Origin: Candidatus Zixiibacteriota bacterium
Lineage (GTDB): Bacteria; Zixibacteria; MSB-5A5; DG-27
Length of the DNA stretch: 64,000 nucleotides
NCBI GenBank assembly: GCA_030605835.1
Contig: JAUWHO010000001.1
Location: 29,966 to 93,965, forward strand
Direction: 5' to 3'
A program made the translations under genes and the position numbers. Positions 45,561 to 55,323 of the stretch are shown in pieces. The notes beneath the pieces are model-generated. The model saw only the letters and a list, made by a program, of their open reading frames with translations, searched no databases and was not told where the DNA came from. How positions within the stretch are numbered: the stretch's first letter is position 1; the number at the start of each line of letters is the position of its first letter.

Positions 45561-45592
45561 GTAGGTAGTAGGTAGTAGACGGTAGGTAGGGG
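45561..45592. repeat. GGTAG heptamer-periodic repeat, copy 3 (TAGGTAG x3).
   Basis: GTAGGTAGTAGGTAGTAGACGGTAGGTAGGGG, ending 5 nt before the ATG at 45597. Confidence 0.5.
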
Positions 45593-45596
45593 AGAA

Positions 45597-46031
45597 ATGA
45601 ACAAAGTCAAGCTACAAAGCTTCGAGGACTTAGAGGTCTGGAAGAAAGCACATCAACTGGTCCTGAACGTCTATGGGATAACCAGGAGCTTCCCCGCTGA
45701 GGAGAACTATAGCCTGGCTTCGCAAAGGAGAAGATCGGCTATCTCCATACCCGCAAACATGGCCGAGGGATTCAAGAAGCGTTCCTTAAGAGACAAAGCC
45801 AACTTCTACAACATCGCTCAGGGCTCTCTGGAAGAATTGAGATACTATGCTATCTTATCAAAGGACCTGAACTACTTGAACGAGACGAAGGATCTGCTTG
45901 AGAGAACTGCCGAAATGGGCAGGATGCTTAACGGCCTAATATCATCACTTGCAAGAAAACCCTATATCCCAGCTGCTATCTACTTACCAGCAGGGATGGT
46001 TGACAAAACGGTAAGCCGAAGATATTATTAA
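45597..46031 (+). CDS. Four-helix-bundle protein (TIGR02436 / 23S rRNA intervening-sequence protein / Avd-like family).
   Basis: LEVWKKAHQLVLNVY...SIPANMAEGF...AQGSLEELRYYAILSKDLNYL matches the family signature. Confidence 0.75.
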   Translation: MNKVKLQSFEDLEVWKKAHQLVLNVYGITRSFPAEENYSLASQRRRSAISIPANMAEGFKKRSLRDKANFYNIAQGSLEELRYYAILSKDLNYLNETKDLLERTAEMGRMLNGLISSLARKPYIPAAIYLPAGMVDKTVSRRYY

Positions 46032-46139
46032 TGAATAGATATGTTTACTTTTACGATACAAGTCCGAGAGAGAATATCTGGTGCTGATGATGGAAATCTT
46101 CGAAAGCAATAGTAACGAACTTCTGGAGGTGAGAATAAA

Positions 46140-46349
46140 GTGACCCTGAAAACTAAGAAGAAAAGCCCGGAGATAATTTTCAGAGATGGAAAACCGGCAG
46201 CGGTCATTCTCGAAATTAAGGAGTATCAGGATATGCTTGAGCGTCTGGAGGATATAGAGGATCTGAAGATGCTCCAGAAAATGAGAAAGCGACCGCTAAA
46301 ATTCAGAAAGCTGGAGGATTTCCTCAAGGAGTATTCCCCCGTTGTATAA
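46140..46349 (+). CDS. Type II antitoxin, Phd/YefM-like.
   Basis: A 69-aa protein with PAAVILEIKEYQDMLERLEDIED. GTG start after GGAGGTG. It overlaps the downstream RelE/ParE gene by 8 nt. Confidence 0.6.
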   Translation: MTLKTKKKSPEIIFRDGKPAAVILEIKEYQDMLERLEDIEDLKMLQKMRKRPLKFRKLEDFLKEYSPVV

Positions 46350-46596
46350 GCTTTACCTCGAAAGAGCCGCCGAACGTGACCTGAAGCGCCTCTCAACAGA
46401 AAACTTCCATCGCCTCATAACCGAGATAAAAATGCTGGCTAAAGAGCCAAGACCGCCGGGCGCAAGAAAGATTATCGGCTCCAAAGACGATTGGCGAATA
46501 CGGGTCGGAGACTGGCGAGTAGTTTATGAAATCGACAATAAACAGAAAGTTGTGCGGATAATGCGGGTGCGGCTGAGAAGAGAGGTCTACCGGTAA
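46342..46596 (+). CDS. Type II toxin, RelE/ParE family.
   Basis: An 84-aa protein with RIRVGDWRVVYEIDNKQKVVRIMRVRLRREVY, typical of RelE/ParE toxins. Confidence 0.7.
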   Translation: MYKLYLERAAERDLKRLSTENFHRLITEIKMLAKEPRPPGARKIIGSKDDWRIRVGDWRVVYEIDNKQKVVRIMRVRLRREVYR

Positions 46597-46649
46597 ATTA
46601 TGGTGGAGATGGAAATAGACCAAAAAATCAAACAAGCACTAATGGTTGC

Positions 46650-48797
46650 ATGAGACTGGATAAAGAAAAAGCCAAAAAGAGAGCCAGATTCGTTCTCGCC
46701 TCCGGGCTGGTTCTGGCGATAATCGTAATAATCGTCGGCATTGAAACCTATAAGTCCTATCGAGAAGACCTTCCCTCGTTAGAACAGCTTCACAATATCC
46801 AACCGGGGCTGATCACCCGCATATACTCAGCCGACCGACAGATCCTTCAGGAATATTTCAATCAGAGAAGGATCATGGTGCCCTTCAACAGATTCCCCAA
46901 ACACCTGGTTGATGCCCTCCTGACGGTGGAAGATAGACAGTTCTATTACCACTGGGGAGTGAACCTCAGCGCCATAGCCCGGGCGGCAGCGGTGAATATC
47001 ATGACCTTGAGCCGCTCCCAGGGTGGTTCCACCTTGACCCAGCAGTTAGCCCGGAATCTCTTCCTGACCCCGGAAAAAACCATCGCCAGAAAGATCAGGG
47101 AAGCGATGACCGCCATCGAGATCGAGAAGAACTACTCCAAGGACGAGATCCTCAACATGTATCTCAACCAACAGTATTTCGGGAAGGGGGCTTACGGCAT
47201 TCAGGCGGCGGCTCAAACCTTTTTCAGCAAGGATATCTCCGAGCTGACGATCTCTGAGTCGGCGCTTCTGATCGGCCTGTTGAAGGCACCCAATACCTAT
47301 TCTCCCATCGACCGTCCCGACAGGGCTCGAGGGCGACGCAACGTGGTTCTGAACGCCATGGTCGATTACGGAAAACTATCAAGAGGGGTTGCCGATAGCC
47401 TCAAAGGTCTTCCGCTCGAGATTCATCCCCCCGAGCCCCCGGTCAGACCTGGGGCTTACTTCTCTGAGACGGTGCGGCAGTATCTGGTGAGAAAATACGG
47501 AGAGAATGTCCTCTACTCCTCCGGCCTCACCGTTGAAACCACACTGAACTACGAACTCCAGGTGGAAGCCGAAAGAATCATCGCTGAACATCTGTCGAGA
47601 CTGCAGGCAGACATGGAGAGGCATCACAGTCTGGAGGACTCCAATTACACCATTGAAGTCACCGATACGGTCGATGGAGAAATCGTTGTCGCCAGAGAAT
47701 ACAAAGAGCTGCAATGTGCTCTGGTGGGCATCGACAACAAGACCGGAGGCGTAATAGCCATGGTGGGAGGGAGAGATTTCAAAAGGAGCAAGTTCAATCG
47801 TGCCGTTCAGGCCAAAAGGCAGCCCGGCTCCGGATTCAAACCCTTCACCTATACCACCGCCATAGACAACGGTTTCAAGCCCACCGATATTATCATAGAT
47901 GCCCCCATAGTAGTCCCAATAGGTGGAGAGGAATGGCGTCCCAAGAACTTCGACCGCACCTTCAGGGGCCCCACTACCCTGCGATATGGCCTCAGCAAAT
48001 CGATAAACCTGGTCACCATCAAGCTGCTGATGGATCCGACCGTTACCCCCCAGCAGGTGGTTTTCTACGCCAAACGGATGGGAATAAAATCGGAGCTTCA
48101 AGCAGTCCCCTCTCTGGCAATCGGAACCTCCGAGGTGACCCCCTTGGAGATGGCTTCAGCCTTCACGACCTTCCCCAACGGAGGCATCTGGACGGAGCCG
48201 TATTTTGTGACCAGGATTCTGGATCGCTACGGGAACGTCTTGGAGGAGCGGGAAAAACCTTATCAGGAGGAGGCCATCTCCGCCACCACCGCCTACATTA
48301 TGACCAGTATGCTGGAGAGTGTCATCAACTCTGGCACAGGTTACGGAGCCCGGCGATGGGGATTCAATCGCCCCGCCGGAGGCAAAACCGGCACCTCCGA
48401 TTTCAGCACCGACAACTGGTTCACCGGCTTCACCCCTCAGATAACCACAACTGTCTGGGTGGGCTATGACGACAAGACCCAGATAGGCGAGGGGAGAGGT
48501 CTGACCGGAGCTGCCACGGCGCTACCGATCTGGACCGAGTTCATGAAGAAGGCACATTTCGGACTGCCGGTGGAGGAGTTCGTCCAACCTGCTGGAATTA
48601 TCGAAGCCGCCGTCTGTTTGGAGTCCGGCCTGCTGGCAAGACCAGACTGCCCCAATAAGGTCACTGATCTTTTCACGGAATCGACGGTGCCACAAGACAC
48701 CTGCAGTCTATCTCATATGGAGTTTTCCGCAAAGAGCGAGGAGAAAACCCGTTTCAAAATTCAAGAAGAAGAGGATAAGAAGAGAATCCGATTCTAG
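46650..48797 (+). CDS. mrcA: Penicillin-binding protein 1A (bifunctional glycosyltransferase/transpeptidase).
   Basis: GT51 motifs (EDRQFYYHWGV, GGSTLTQQLARN). Transpeptidase SxxK (SGFKPF), SxN and KTGTS. N-terminal TM. Confidence 0.9.
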   Translation: MRLDKEKAKKRARFVLASGLVLAIIVIIVGIETYKSYREDLPSLEQLHNIQPGLITRIYSADRQILQEYFNQRRIMVPFNRFPKHLVDALLTVEDRQFYYHWGVNLSAIARAAAVNIMTLSRSQGGSTLTQQLARNLFLTPEKTIARKIREAMTAIEIEKNYSKDEILNMYLNQQYFGKGAYGIQAAAQTFFSKDISELTISESALLIGLLKAPNTYSPIDRPDRARGRRNVVLNAMVDYGKLSRGVADSLKGLPLEIHPPEPPVRPGAYFSETVRQYLVRKYGENVLYSSGLTVETTLNYELQVEAERIIAEHLSRLQADMERHHSLEDSNYTIEVTDTVDGEIVVAREYKELQCALVGIDNKTGGVIAMVGGRDFKRSKFNRAVQAKRQPGSGFKPFTYTTAIDNGFKPTDIIIDAPIVVPIGGEEWRPKNFDRTFRGPTTLRYGLSKSINLVTIKLLMDPTVTPQQVVFYAKRMGIKSELQAVPSLAIGTSEVTPLEMASAFTTFPNGGIWTEPYFVTRILDRYGNVLEEREKPYQEEAISATTAYIMTSMLESVINSGTGYGARRWGFNRPAGGKTGTSDFSTDNWFTGFTPQITTTVWVGYDDKTQIGEGRGLTGAATALPIWTEFMKKAHFGLPVEEFVQPAGIIEAAVCLESGLLARPDCPNKVTDLFTESTVPQDTCSLSHMEFSAKSEEKTRFKIQEEEDKKRIRF

Positions 48798-50098
48798 TTC
48801 AAGAAGCCGATGATTCTCTGAAGAGGTTTGACCGCTGTATCCGAGAAAACAAGAGCTTCTTTCAGATCCAAAGCCGCTTTCTTCCCGAGAGATTCATCCG
48901 AGGCGTGAACGGAGGCTACTACTTCTCCCCTTTCTACTCTATCTCCAATTTTCTTCTCGAATATGAAACCTACCGCCGGGTCGATCTGGTCGCTGATGAG
49001 TTTTCGTCCCCCGCCGAGCTCGATACAAAGCTGACCAACCCGCAAGGTATCGACAGCTTTGAGGAAACCATCTCTTTCGGCTTTCACCTGTAAGACCAGC
49101 TTCGCCCGTGGCAACCTTGAATAATCGTCAATTGCTCTACTATCTCCTCCCTGATTCTCCACCATCTCCTTGAACTTCTCCAGCGCCTCGCCGTTTTCGA
49201 TCTTTCTCTTCAAAACCTTTCGAGCCTCCTCTTTATCGGAGCTCACCTCCGCCATTAAGAGCATCTGAACTCCCAGAGCTTCGGTGACCTCCCAGAGATC
49301 TCGGGGACTTTCCCCCCTTAAGCATTCAATACATTCAACGACCTCGAGCGCGTTTCCGACCGCGAAACCTAAAGGTTCGTCCATGGAGGTGAAGACCGCA
49401 GCCGCTCTTCGGCCCATCCTTTTGGCGACAGAGATCATAGCCTTAGCCAATCTCTCGGCGTCGTCCAACTTCCTCATGAAGGCGCCATTGCCGACCTTCA
49501 CGTCGAAGACAATTCCATCACAGCCGGAGGCCAGTTTCTTGCTCATGATGCTGCCGACAATCAGAGGAATCGATTCGACCGTGGCGGTGACATCCCTCAA
49601 GGCATAGATCTTCTTATCCGCGGGAGCAATCTCATGGGTCTGCCCGATGATGGCCACCCCGATTCGGCGCAAGCTCTCCTTAAACTCCTTCAGGGAGAGA
49701 GTGGTTCTAAATCCAGGTATCGATTCCAGCTTGTCTAAAGTTCCCCCGGTGTGGCCCAGGCCTCTCCCCGAGATCATGGGAACGACAACCCCACAGGAAG
49801 CTAAAAGCGGAGCCAGGATCAAAGAGACCTTGTCGCCCACGCCGCCGGTGGAATGCTTGTCGATTTTAGGGGCGTCTATGAAGCTCAAATCCAGTATCTG
49901 GCCAGAATGCAACATCGATTCGGTGAGGAAATGAGTTTCCTCCTCATCCATACCGTTGATGCAGACCGCCATGAGAAATGCAGACATCTGATAGTCGCGG
50001 ATCTTGTCCTGGGTGAAATCCGAGACCAAAAAATCGATCTCCTCACGTCTGAGCTTCTTACCGTCTCTCTTTTTGGCAATGATACCGTATACGTCCAT
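48794..50098 (-). CDS. deoA: Thymidine/pyrimidine-nucleoside phosphorylase.
   Basis: IIAKKRDGKKL..EEI, DKHSTGGVGDK and the overall family pattern. Confidence 0.9.
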   Translation of the reverse strand: MDVYGIIAKKRDGKKLRREEIDFLVSDFTQDKIRDYQMSAFLMAVCINGMDEEETHFLTESMLHSGQILDLSFIDAPKIDKHSTGGVGDKVSLILAPLLASCGVVVPMISGRGLGHTGGTLDKLESIPGFRTTLSLKEFKESLRRIGVAIIGQTHEIAPADKKIYALRDVTATVESIPLIVGSIMSKKLASGCDGIVFDVKVGNGAFMRKLDDAERLAKAMISVAKRMGRRAAAVFTSMDEPLGFAVGNALEVVECIECLRGESPRDLWEVTEALGVQMLLMAEVSSDKEEARKVLKRKIENGEALEKFKEMVENQGGDSRAIDDYSRLPRAKLVLQVKAERDGFLKAVDTLRVGQLCIELGGGRKLISDQIDPAVGFIFEKKIGDRVERGEVVASVHASDESLGKKAALDLKEALVFSDTAVKPLQRIIGFLN

Positions 50099-50103
50099 CT
50101 TCG

Positions 50104-50165
50104 AGTAGTAAATGGTGAATGGTAAATAGTGAATAGACCCAATCCCTACCTACTACCTACTAACC
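50104..50165. repeat. GGTAG/heptamer-periodic repeat, copy 2 (the longest).
   Basis: Minus strand GGTTAGTAGGTAGTAGGTAGGGATTGGGTCTATTCACTATTTACCATTCACCATTTACTACT, ending 6 nt upstream of the deoA ATG. Units of 7 nt. Confidence 0.55.
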
Positions 50166-50174
50166 GCCGTTGCG

Positions 50175-50555
50175 CTAGAGCTCAAAGGCTTCCGGCAGAA
50201 GCTCGCCAAGCTTGTGTCTGGTTATCTCTCCATCCAGATTGGCGCAGACTATCGAACAGTTGCGGCTGAACTCTGTCAAGACCTGCAGACAGGCGCCACA
50301 GGGTTTGGCCGGAGGAGACTTGTCAGTTACCACGACGAGGCTCGCGAATTCCTTCTCTCCCGAGGAGACCGCGCTAAAGACAGCAGTCCTCTCCGCACAA
50401 ATCGTAAGTCCGTAGGAGGCGTTTTCCACGTTGGCGCCGGTGTAAACCTTGCCGGAGGAGGTAAGAAGCGCCGCCCCTACCTTGAATTCAGAATAGGGAG
50501 CGTAGGCTTTGAGCCGAGCCCTCTTGGCGCTCTCTATCAGTTCCTCTTCGCTCAT
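50175..50555 (-). CDS. cdd: Cytidine deaminase.
   Basis: YAPYS.F.VGAAL, CAER zinc motif (CAERTAV), PCGACLQV. Start moved to MSEEEL. Confidence 0.85.
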   Translation of the reverse strand: MSEEELIESAKRARLKAYAPYSEFKVGAALLTSSGKVYTGANVENASYGLTICAERTAVFSAVSSGEKEFASLVVVTDKSPPAKPCGACLQVLTEFSRNCSIVCANLDGEITRHKLGELLPEAFEL

Positions 50556-51730
50556 GTTATCTCCGTTAAAAAGCTCTCTCCGCAACCGAAAGACGAAAAC
50601 CCGAACGCTTCTGAGACGGTGGCACCCAGATCGCCCAAGCTTTCCCTGGTCCCCAGATCAACTCCGGGCCTCAGTTCGGGACCAAATACCAATAAGGGGA
50701 CATATTCCCGGGAATGGTCGGTCGAGGGAGTAGTGGGGTCACAGCCGTGGTCGGCGGTGATTATGAAGATGTCTTTCCCTCCGAGTAGAGACAGAAACTC
50801 CGGCAACCTCCGGTCAAAATCCTCCAGCCCCTTTGCGAAATTCACATAATCGTTGCGATGGCCCCAGAGCATATCGAAGTCCACCAGATTGGCGAAAATC
50901 AGTCCTCTCTTCTGGCTTTTCATTGTCTGATGAATTACCTCCATCCCGTGCTTATTCGAGCTGGTGTGAATGGCGCGGGTGAAGCCTCGCCGACCAAAAA
51001 GGTCATCAACTTTGCCAATGCTGGTGACCTCGACACCTACAGCTTTCAAATAATCTAATAGAGTGTCAGCAGGCGGGGGGAGAGAGAAATCTTTGCGCCT
51101 CTCGGTTCTGGTGAAATTCCCCGGTTTACCGATGAAAGGGCGAGCGATAACTCGAGCCACACCATGCTCTCCGGTCAGGATCTCACGGGCTTTTCGGCAT
51201 ATCCGGTATAGCTTGTCTATCGGAATGACCTCCTCGTGAGCCGCCAGTTGAAACACGCTGTCGGCGGAGGTGTAGAGGATCGGCTTTCTCGTCCTGCAAT
51301 GTTCTTCCCCCAGCTCCTTTATGATTTCTGTCCCGGAGGCGGGTTTATTGCCCAGAACTTCCAGCCCCGTCAGCTCCTTGAATTTCTCGACGATCTCTTC
51401 CGGGAACCCGTTCGGGTAGGTGGGGAAGGGACGGGTTGTTATGAGACCCATGAGCTCCCAGTGGCCGACAGTACTGTCCTTTCCTGAGGATAGAGTGGCC
51501 ATCTTTCCAAAAGAGGCACTGGGCATTGAAGCTGGAGGGACACCCCTGATGGGAACGATATCCCCTAAACCCAACCTCTCCAAATGCGGGAGATTAATAC
51601 CTCCGACAGCTTCGGCGGTGTTGGCAATGCTGTTTGAGCCTTCATCCCCATACCGGGCCGCATCCGGCAAAGCCCCGACACCACAGCTGTCCAATATTAT
51701 GATGATGACCCTTTCGAATTCTCTGGCCAC
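50552..51730 (-). CDS. deoB: Phosphopentomutase.
   Basis: [16 protein letters not shown]-terminus, and alkaline-phosphatase-superfamily metal motifs ([10 protein letters not shown]). Confidence 0.9.
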   Translation of the reverse strand: MAREFERVIIIILDSCGVGALPDAARYGDEGSNSIANTAEAVGGINLPHLERLGLGDIVPIRGVPPASMPSASFGKMATLSSGKDSTVGHWELMGLITTRPFPTYPNGFPEEIVEKFKELTGLEVLGNKPASGTEIIKELGEEHCRTRKPILYTSADSVFQLAAHEEVIPIDKLYRICRKAREILTGEHGVARVIARPFIGKPGNFTRTERRKDFSLPPPADTLLDYLKAVGVEVTSIGKVDDLFGRRGFTRAIHTSSNKHGMEVIHQTMKSQKRGLIFANLVDFDMLWGHRNDYVNFAKGLEDFDRRLPEFLSLLGGKDIFIITADHGCDPTTPSTDHSREYVPLLVFGPELRPGVDLGTRESLGDLGATVSEAFGFSSFGCGESFLTEIT

Positions 51731-51755
51731 AGGAAACTACCCAATCCAGTCCCTC

Positions 51756-51813
51756 AAAATAAAAAAACCGCTTTCTTTAACCTCCCTCCCGGGAGGCGAA
51801 CCTCAAAGCGGCT
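51756..51813 (-). terminator. Rho-independent terminator downstream of rplQ (end of the alpha operon).
   Basis: Minus strand AGCCGCTTT...(inner palindrome CCTCCCGGGAGG)...AAAGCGGTTTTTTTATTTT. Confidence 0.6.
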
Positions 51814-51830
51814 ATTGAGGACTCCTTCGA

Positions 51831-52337
51831 CTATTCTTTCTCTTCGCTTCTCTCCTCGTCTGCCCTCTCCTCTGTCTCTGTCTCGGGAGCTTCCTCTTTC
51901 TTCTTGGAAGCTTTCGCCTCCGGAGCCTTCTTCTTTGCGGTCTTTTTGGCTTTGGTTTTCTTCTTTTCCTTTTTCTCTTCGGTGTAAGTCAAAAGCCGCA
52001 CCAACGACACCGAGGCACCATCCCCGAGCCTGTGCCCCAGATGGATGATTCTGCAACTTCCACCGCTATTGCCTTCCAGCTTGGGAACTATCTCATCAAA
52101 GAGCTTTCTGAGGACTACTTTGTTCCTGACGGTGGTCGCCACCAGGCGCCGGGAATGGAGATCGCCTCTTTTCGCCAGAGCGACCAGCCTGTCGGTCCAG
52201 ATTTTGAGGGCTTTGGCCTTAGTGGTGGTGGTCTTGATCTGTCCATGCTCCAACAGTGAGGTCACCAGATTTGCAAGCATGGCCCTACGGTGGGAGCTGG
52301 TCACCCCCAATTTTCTCACTTTTTTGCGATGGCGCAT
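51831..52337 (-). CDS. rplQ: 50S ribosomal protein L17 with a Lys/Ala/Glu-rich C-terminal extension.
   Basis: MRHRKKVRKLGVTSSHRRAMLANL... Start moved from the track ORF to MRHRKK. C-terminal KKEKKKTKAKKTAKKKAPEAKASKKKEE tail. Confidence 0.9.
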   Translation of the reverse strand: MRHRKKVRKLGVTSSHRRAMLANLVTSLLEHGQIKTTTTKAKALKIWTDRLVALAKRGDLHSRRLVATTVRNKVVLRKLFDEIVPKLEGNSGGSCRIIHLGHRLGDGASVSLVRLLTYTEEKKEKKKTKAKKTAKKKAPEAKASKKKEEAPETETEERADEERSEEKE

Positions 52338-52338
52338 G

Positions 52339-53331
52339 TCACTCTTGGGTTGAAGGCTCTCTGTACTTGGATATATCCATCCCGAAGTGAAGCCCCATCT
52401 CACCTAAGACCGCATTGAGCTCGTTTAAGGACTTCTTGCCGAAATTGCGGTACTTGAGCATCTCCGCTTCGCTCTTGTGGACCAAATCCTCGATAATCTG
52501 AATGTTGGCTGCCTGCAGGCAGTTGGAGGAACGGACCGAAAGCTCCAGTTCGTCAACCCTCATCTTGAGGAGATTCCTTATTCTGATGGTCTCCTCGTCG
52601 ACTACCTCCTCTTCGGGAATCTCTATCTCCTCCTCCTTGCAGATGAACACCATCAGGTGGTCTTTCAGCAACTTCGCCGCAAAGGCCAGGGCCTCCTCCG
52701 GGCTCATGGTGCCATCGGTCCAGATCTCTAAGAGCAGACGATCATAATCAGTTCTCTGACCCACCCGGGTGTTTTCGACACTGAGATTCACCCTGCTGAC
52801 CGGGGAGTAGGTCGCGTCCAGCGGGATGGTTCCGATCGGCTGGTCCGGCTTTTTGTTCTGCTCTGAGGAGACATAGCCTCGCCCGGTGTCGACCTCCATT
52901 TCGATCTTAACCTCGCTGTTCTCGCTGAGCTTGAGGAGATGCTGCTCCGGGTTAACGATTTCAATTGTCGGATCACAAACGAGATCGCCAGCAGTGTAGT
53001 CTCCTTTCTTTTTGACCTCCAGATAGATGGACCTGGGCCCGTCCTCCTGCATCCTCAGACGGACCTTCTTGAGGTTTAAAACTATCTCAACGACGTCCTC
53101 GTATACCCCCGGGAGGGTAGAAAACTCGTGGAGGGCGCCGTCAATCCTCATGGAGGTGATCGCCGCCCCCGGTATGGAAGACAAGAGCGCTCTCCGCAGG
53201 ACATTTCCCAGAGTAGTCCCAAACCCCCGCTCCAAGGGCTCTATCTTGAACTTGGAGTACATATCGGTGGCGGTGGACTCCTCCAAGACAACCTCTTTAG
53301 GCATCTGAAAATTCTTCAATTTAGCGGTCAC
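52339..53331 (-). CDS. rpoA: DNA-directed RNA polymerase subunit alpha.
   Basis: N-terminal domain GFGTTLGNVLRRALLSS plus a C-terminal domain. Confidence 0.93.
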   Translation of the reverse strand: MTAKLKNFQMPKEVVLEESTATDMYSKFKIEPLERGFGTTLGNVLRRALLSSIPGAAITSMRIDGALHEFSTLPGVYEDVVEIVLNLKKVRLRMQEDGPRSIYLEVKKKGDYTAGDLVCDPTIEIVNPEQHLLKLSENSEVKIEMEVDTGRGYVSSEQNKKPDQPIGTIPLDATYSPVSRVNLSVENTRVGQRTDYDRLLLEIWTDGTMSPEEALAFAAKLLKDHLMVFICKEEEIEIPEEEVVDEETIRIRNLLKMRVDELELSVRSSNCLQAANIQIIEDLVHKSEAEMLKYRNFGKKSLNELNAVLGEMGLHFGMDISKYREPSTQE

Positions 53332-53357
53332 CAGGACCTCCTCCCGAAAATAACCAC

Positions 53358-53993
53358 CTATTTAGAGTAAAGCTCAACAATAAGCTGTTCTTGAACCAAA
53401 ACCGGGATGTCTTCCCTTTTGGGGCGCTCCAGAAGCTCCCCTTCCAGCTTGGCCTTGTCCAACCTCAACCAGGGGAGCTCCGACCCCCTTCCGGCATCTT
53501 TCAAAGCGTCGTGGATGACGTCTAGGTTACGGCTCTTCTCTCTGACGCTCACAATATCGCCGGGCCTAAGAGCGTAGGAGGGAATATCCGCCTGGCGGCC
53601 GTTGACCTGAAAATGATCGTGGCGCACCAACTGTCGGGCCGATTTCCTGGAGGGGGCAAAGCCCAAACGATAAACGATATTGTCCAGCCGACACTCCAAC
53701 TCTTGCAGGAGGTTCTCGCCGGTTATCCCCTTGCACCTCTCCGCCCTCTCGAAGTAGTTCCTGAATTGTCTCTCCAAGACCCCGTAAATCCTGCGGACTT
53801 TCTGTTTTTCCCGCAATTGCAGACCGTAACCGCTGGTCCTTCTGCGGCGGATGGCGTTGCCGTGTTGCCCGGGAGGGTAACCACGCCGGTCGAAGCCGCA
53901 TTTATCGGCATAACAGCGATTCCCCTTCAGGAAGAGCTTCATCCCCTCACGTCGACACAGCTTACAATTTGCACCACTATACCTGGCCATCAA
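53358..53993 (-). CDS. rpsD: 30S ribosomal protein S4.
   Basis: [23 protein letters not shown] zinc-ribbon start, and an S4 domain. Confidence 0.93.
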   Translation of the reverse strand: MMARYSGANCKLCRREGMKLFLKGNRCYADKCGFDRRGYPPGQHGNAIRRRRTSGYGLQLREKQKVRRIYGVLERQFRNYFERAERCKGITGENLLQELECRLDNIVYRLGFAPSRKSARQLVRHDHFQVNGRQADIPSYALRPGDIVSVREKSRNLDVIHDALKDAGRGSELPWLRLDKAKLEGELLERPKREDIPVLVQEQLIVELYSK

Positions 53994-54069
53994 TCACTCC
54001 CGAAATCATGAACTAGTATCAACAGCATCTCCAGAAGCAACGACCCTAAAAAGAACTTCGAGGCCGCGG

Positions 54070-54462
54070 CTAGACCCTCCTTCTTTTCGGTGGACGGCAA
54101 CCGTTATGGGGAATGGGAGTAACGTCTTTTATGGCGGTTATCACCAATCCCGCAGCCTGCAAGGATCTGATGGCGGCCTCTCGTCCGGATCCCGGACCCT
54201 TGACCCAAACCTCCACTTTCCGCAATCCCATCTCCATCGACTCCCTGGCAGCTGCTTGGGCCGCCCTCTGGGCCGCGAATGGGGTGCTCTTTCTCGAACC
54301 CTTGAACCCCATCTTGCCGGGGGAGCCCCAGGCGATCACGTTGCCGCCCTCGTCGGTCAGGGTGATGATGGTGTTGTTGAAGGTCGCCTTGATGTGGGCG
54401 ATGCCGTGGGGCTCTACCTTGCGACCCTTCTTTTTCGACTTTCTTCTCTTAGCTTCTGCCAA
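54070..54462 (-). CDS. rpsK: 30S ribosomal protein S11.
   Basis: [18 protein letters not shown]...[14 protein letters not shown]. Confidence 0.93.
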   Translation of the reverse strand: MAEAKRRKSKKKGRKVEPHGIAHIKATFNNTIITLTDEGGNVIAWGSPGKMGFKGSRKSTPFAAQRAAQAAARESMEMGLRKVEVWVKGPGSGREAAIRSLQAAGLVITAIKDVTPIPHNGCRPPKRRRV

Positions 54463-54519
54463 CTAACCTCCTAAAGAAAAGGGTGCGAACGAAAGACCCC
54501 TGCTCCAATCGCTAGTCAC

Positions 54520-54900
54520 CTATCTACCTCTTTTCCCCTTTTTGTGCCCTATGGTTTTCTTGGGACCCTTGCGGGTTCTGGCGTTGGTTTTGGTCCTCTG
54601 GCCCCTCACCGGGAGCCCCCGGCGGTGCCTCAGACCCCGATAACATCCGATATCGATGAGGCGCTTAACGTCCATCGCCACCTCACCCCGCCGAGCCCCT
54701 TCCACCTTGCAACTGGCCTCGATTTCGCCTCTGAGCTTGGCAACCTCTTCCTCCGACAGCTTGTTGACCCGGGTGTCGGCATTGACTCCGGTGGCCATCA
54801 GAATCCTCTTGGAAGAGGAAAGCCCAATACCGTATATGTATGTGAGCGCCACCTCAATCCTCTTGTCGCGTGGCAGATCGATTCCCGCAATTCTCGCCAT
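54520..54900 (-). CDS. rpsM: 30S ribosomal protein S13.
   Basis: [26 protein letters not shown]. Confidence 0.93.
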   Translation of the reverse strand: MARIAGIDLPRDKRIEVALTYIYGIGLSSSKRILMATGVNADTRVNKLSEEEVAKLRGEIEASCKVEGARRGEVAMDVKRLIDIGCYRGLRHRRGLPVRGQRTKTNARTRKGPKKTIGHKKGKRGR

Positions 54901-54903
54901 AGA

Positions 54904-54929
54904 CCCTACCTACTATCTAATAACTAACC
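54904..54929. repeat. GGTAG heptamer-periodic repeat, copy 4.
   Basis: Minus strand GGTTAGTTATTAGATAGTAGGTAGGGTCT, immediately followed by the rpsM ATG. It overlaps the rpmJ stop codon. Confidence 0.5.
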
Positions 54930-55037
54930 TTGCCTCTGTTTGTGCTTGGGGTTGACACAGATTACCCGAACCACCCCTTTCCTTTTGACGATCTTGCACT
55001 TGGCGCATCTTTTCTTCACCGAAGAGCGGACCTTCAC
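54924..55037 (-). CDS. rpmJ: 50S ribosomal protein L36 (GTG start; absent from the supplied ORF track).
   Basis: Hand translation: [37 protein letters not shown]. Confidence 0.8.
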   Translation of the reverse strand: MKVRSSVKKRCAKCKIVKRKGVVRVICVNPKHKQRQG

Positions 55038-55072
55038 TTTTGACTCCTGAGAATAAGGTTCTCTCTATACAC

Positions 55073-55294
55073 CTATTTGTACCGATAGACTATCCGACCC
55101 CGAGACAAATCGTAGGGAGAGAGCTCCAGGGTCACCCTATCCCCGGGGAGGATTTTTATGAAGTGCATCCGCATCTTTCCGGAGATGTGAGCCAACACCC
55201 GATGACCGTTGTCCAACTCCACCCGAAACATGGCGTTGGGGAGAGGTTCGAGCACTCTGCCCTCAACCTGAATTGTCTCTTCCTTCTTCGCCAT
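55073..55294 (-). CDS. infA: Translation initiation factor IF-1.
   Basis: [42 protein letters not shown]. Confidence 0.9.
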   Translation of the reverse strand: MAKKEETIQVEGRVLEPLPNAMFRVELDNGHRVLAHISGKMRMHFIKILPGDRVTLELSPYDLSRGRIVYRYK

Positions 55295-55323
55295 CCGGCA
55301 AACTCAATCGTTGTCAGCAAATC

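Noticed and set aside
45597-46031. Possible diversity-generating retroelement, suggested by the Avd-family four-helix-bundle gene.
   Set aside because: No reverse transcriptase ORF and no template/variable repeat pair anywhere in the window. Avd-like TIGR02436 genes also occur widely as stand-alone copies.
35273-54929. CRISPR array, suggested by the short tandem GGTAG/heptamer repeats.
   Set aside because: The units are 7 nt, contiguous and without spacers, and there are only 3-8 units per copy. No cas genes. They are microsatellite-like leader elements, not CRISPR.
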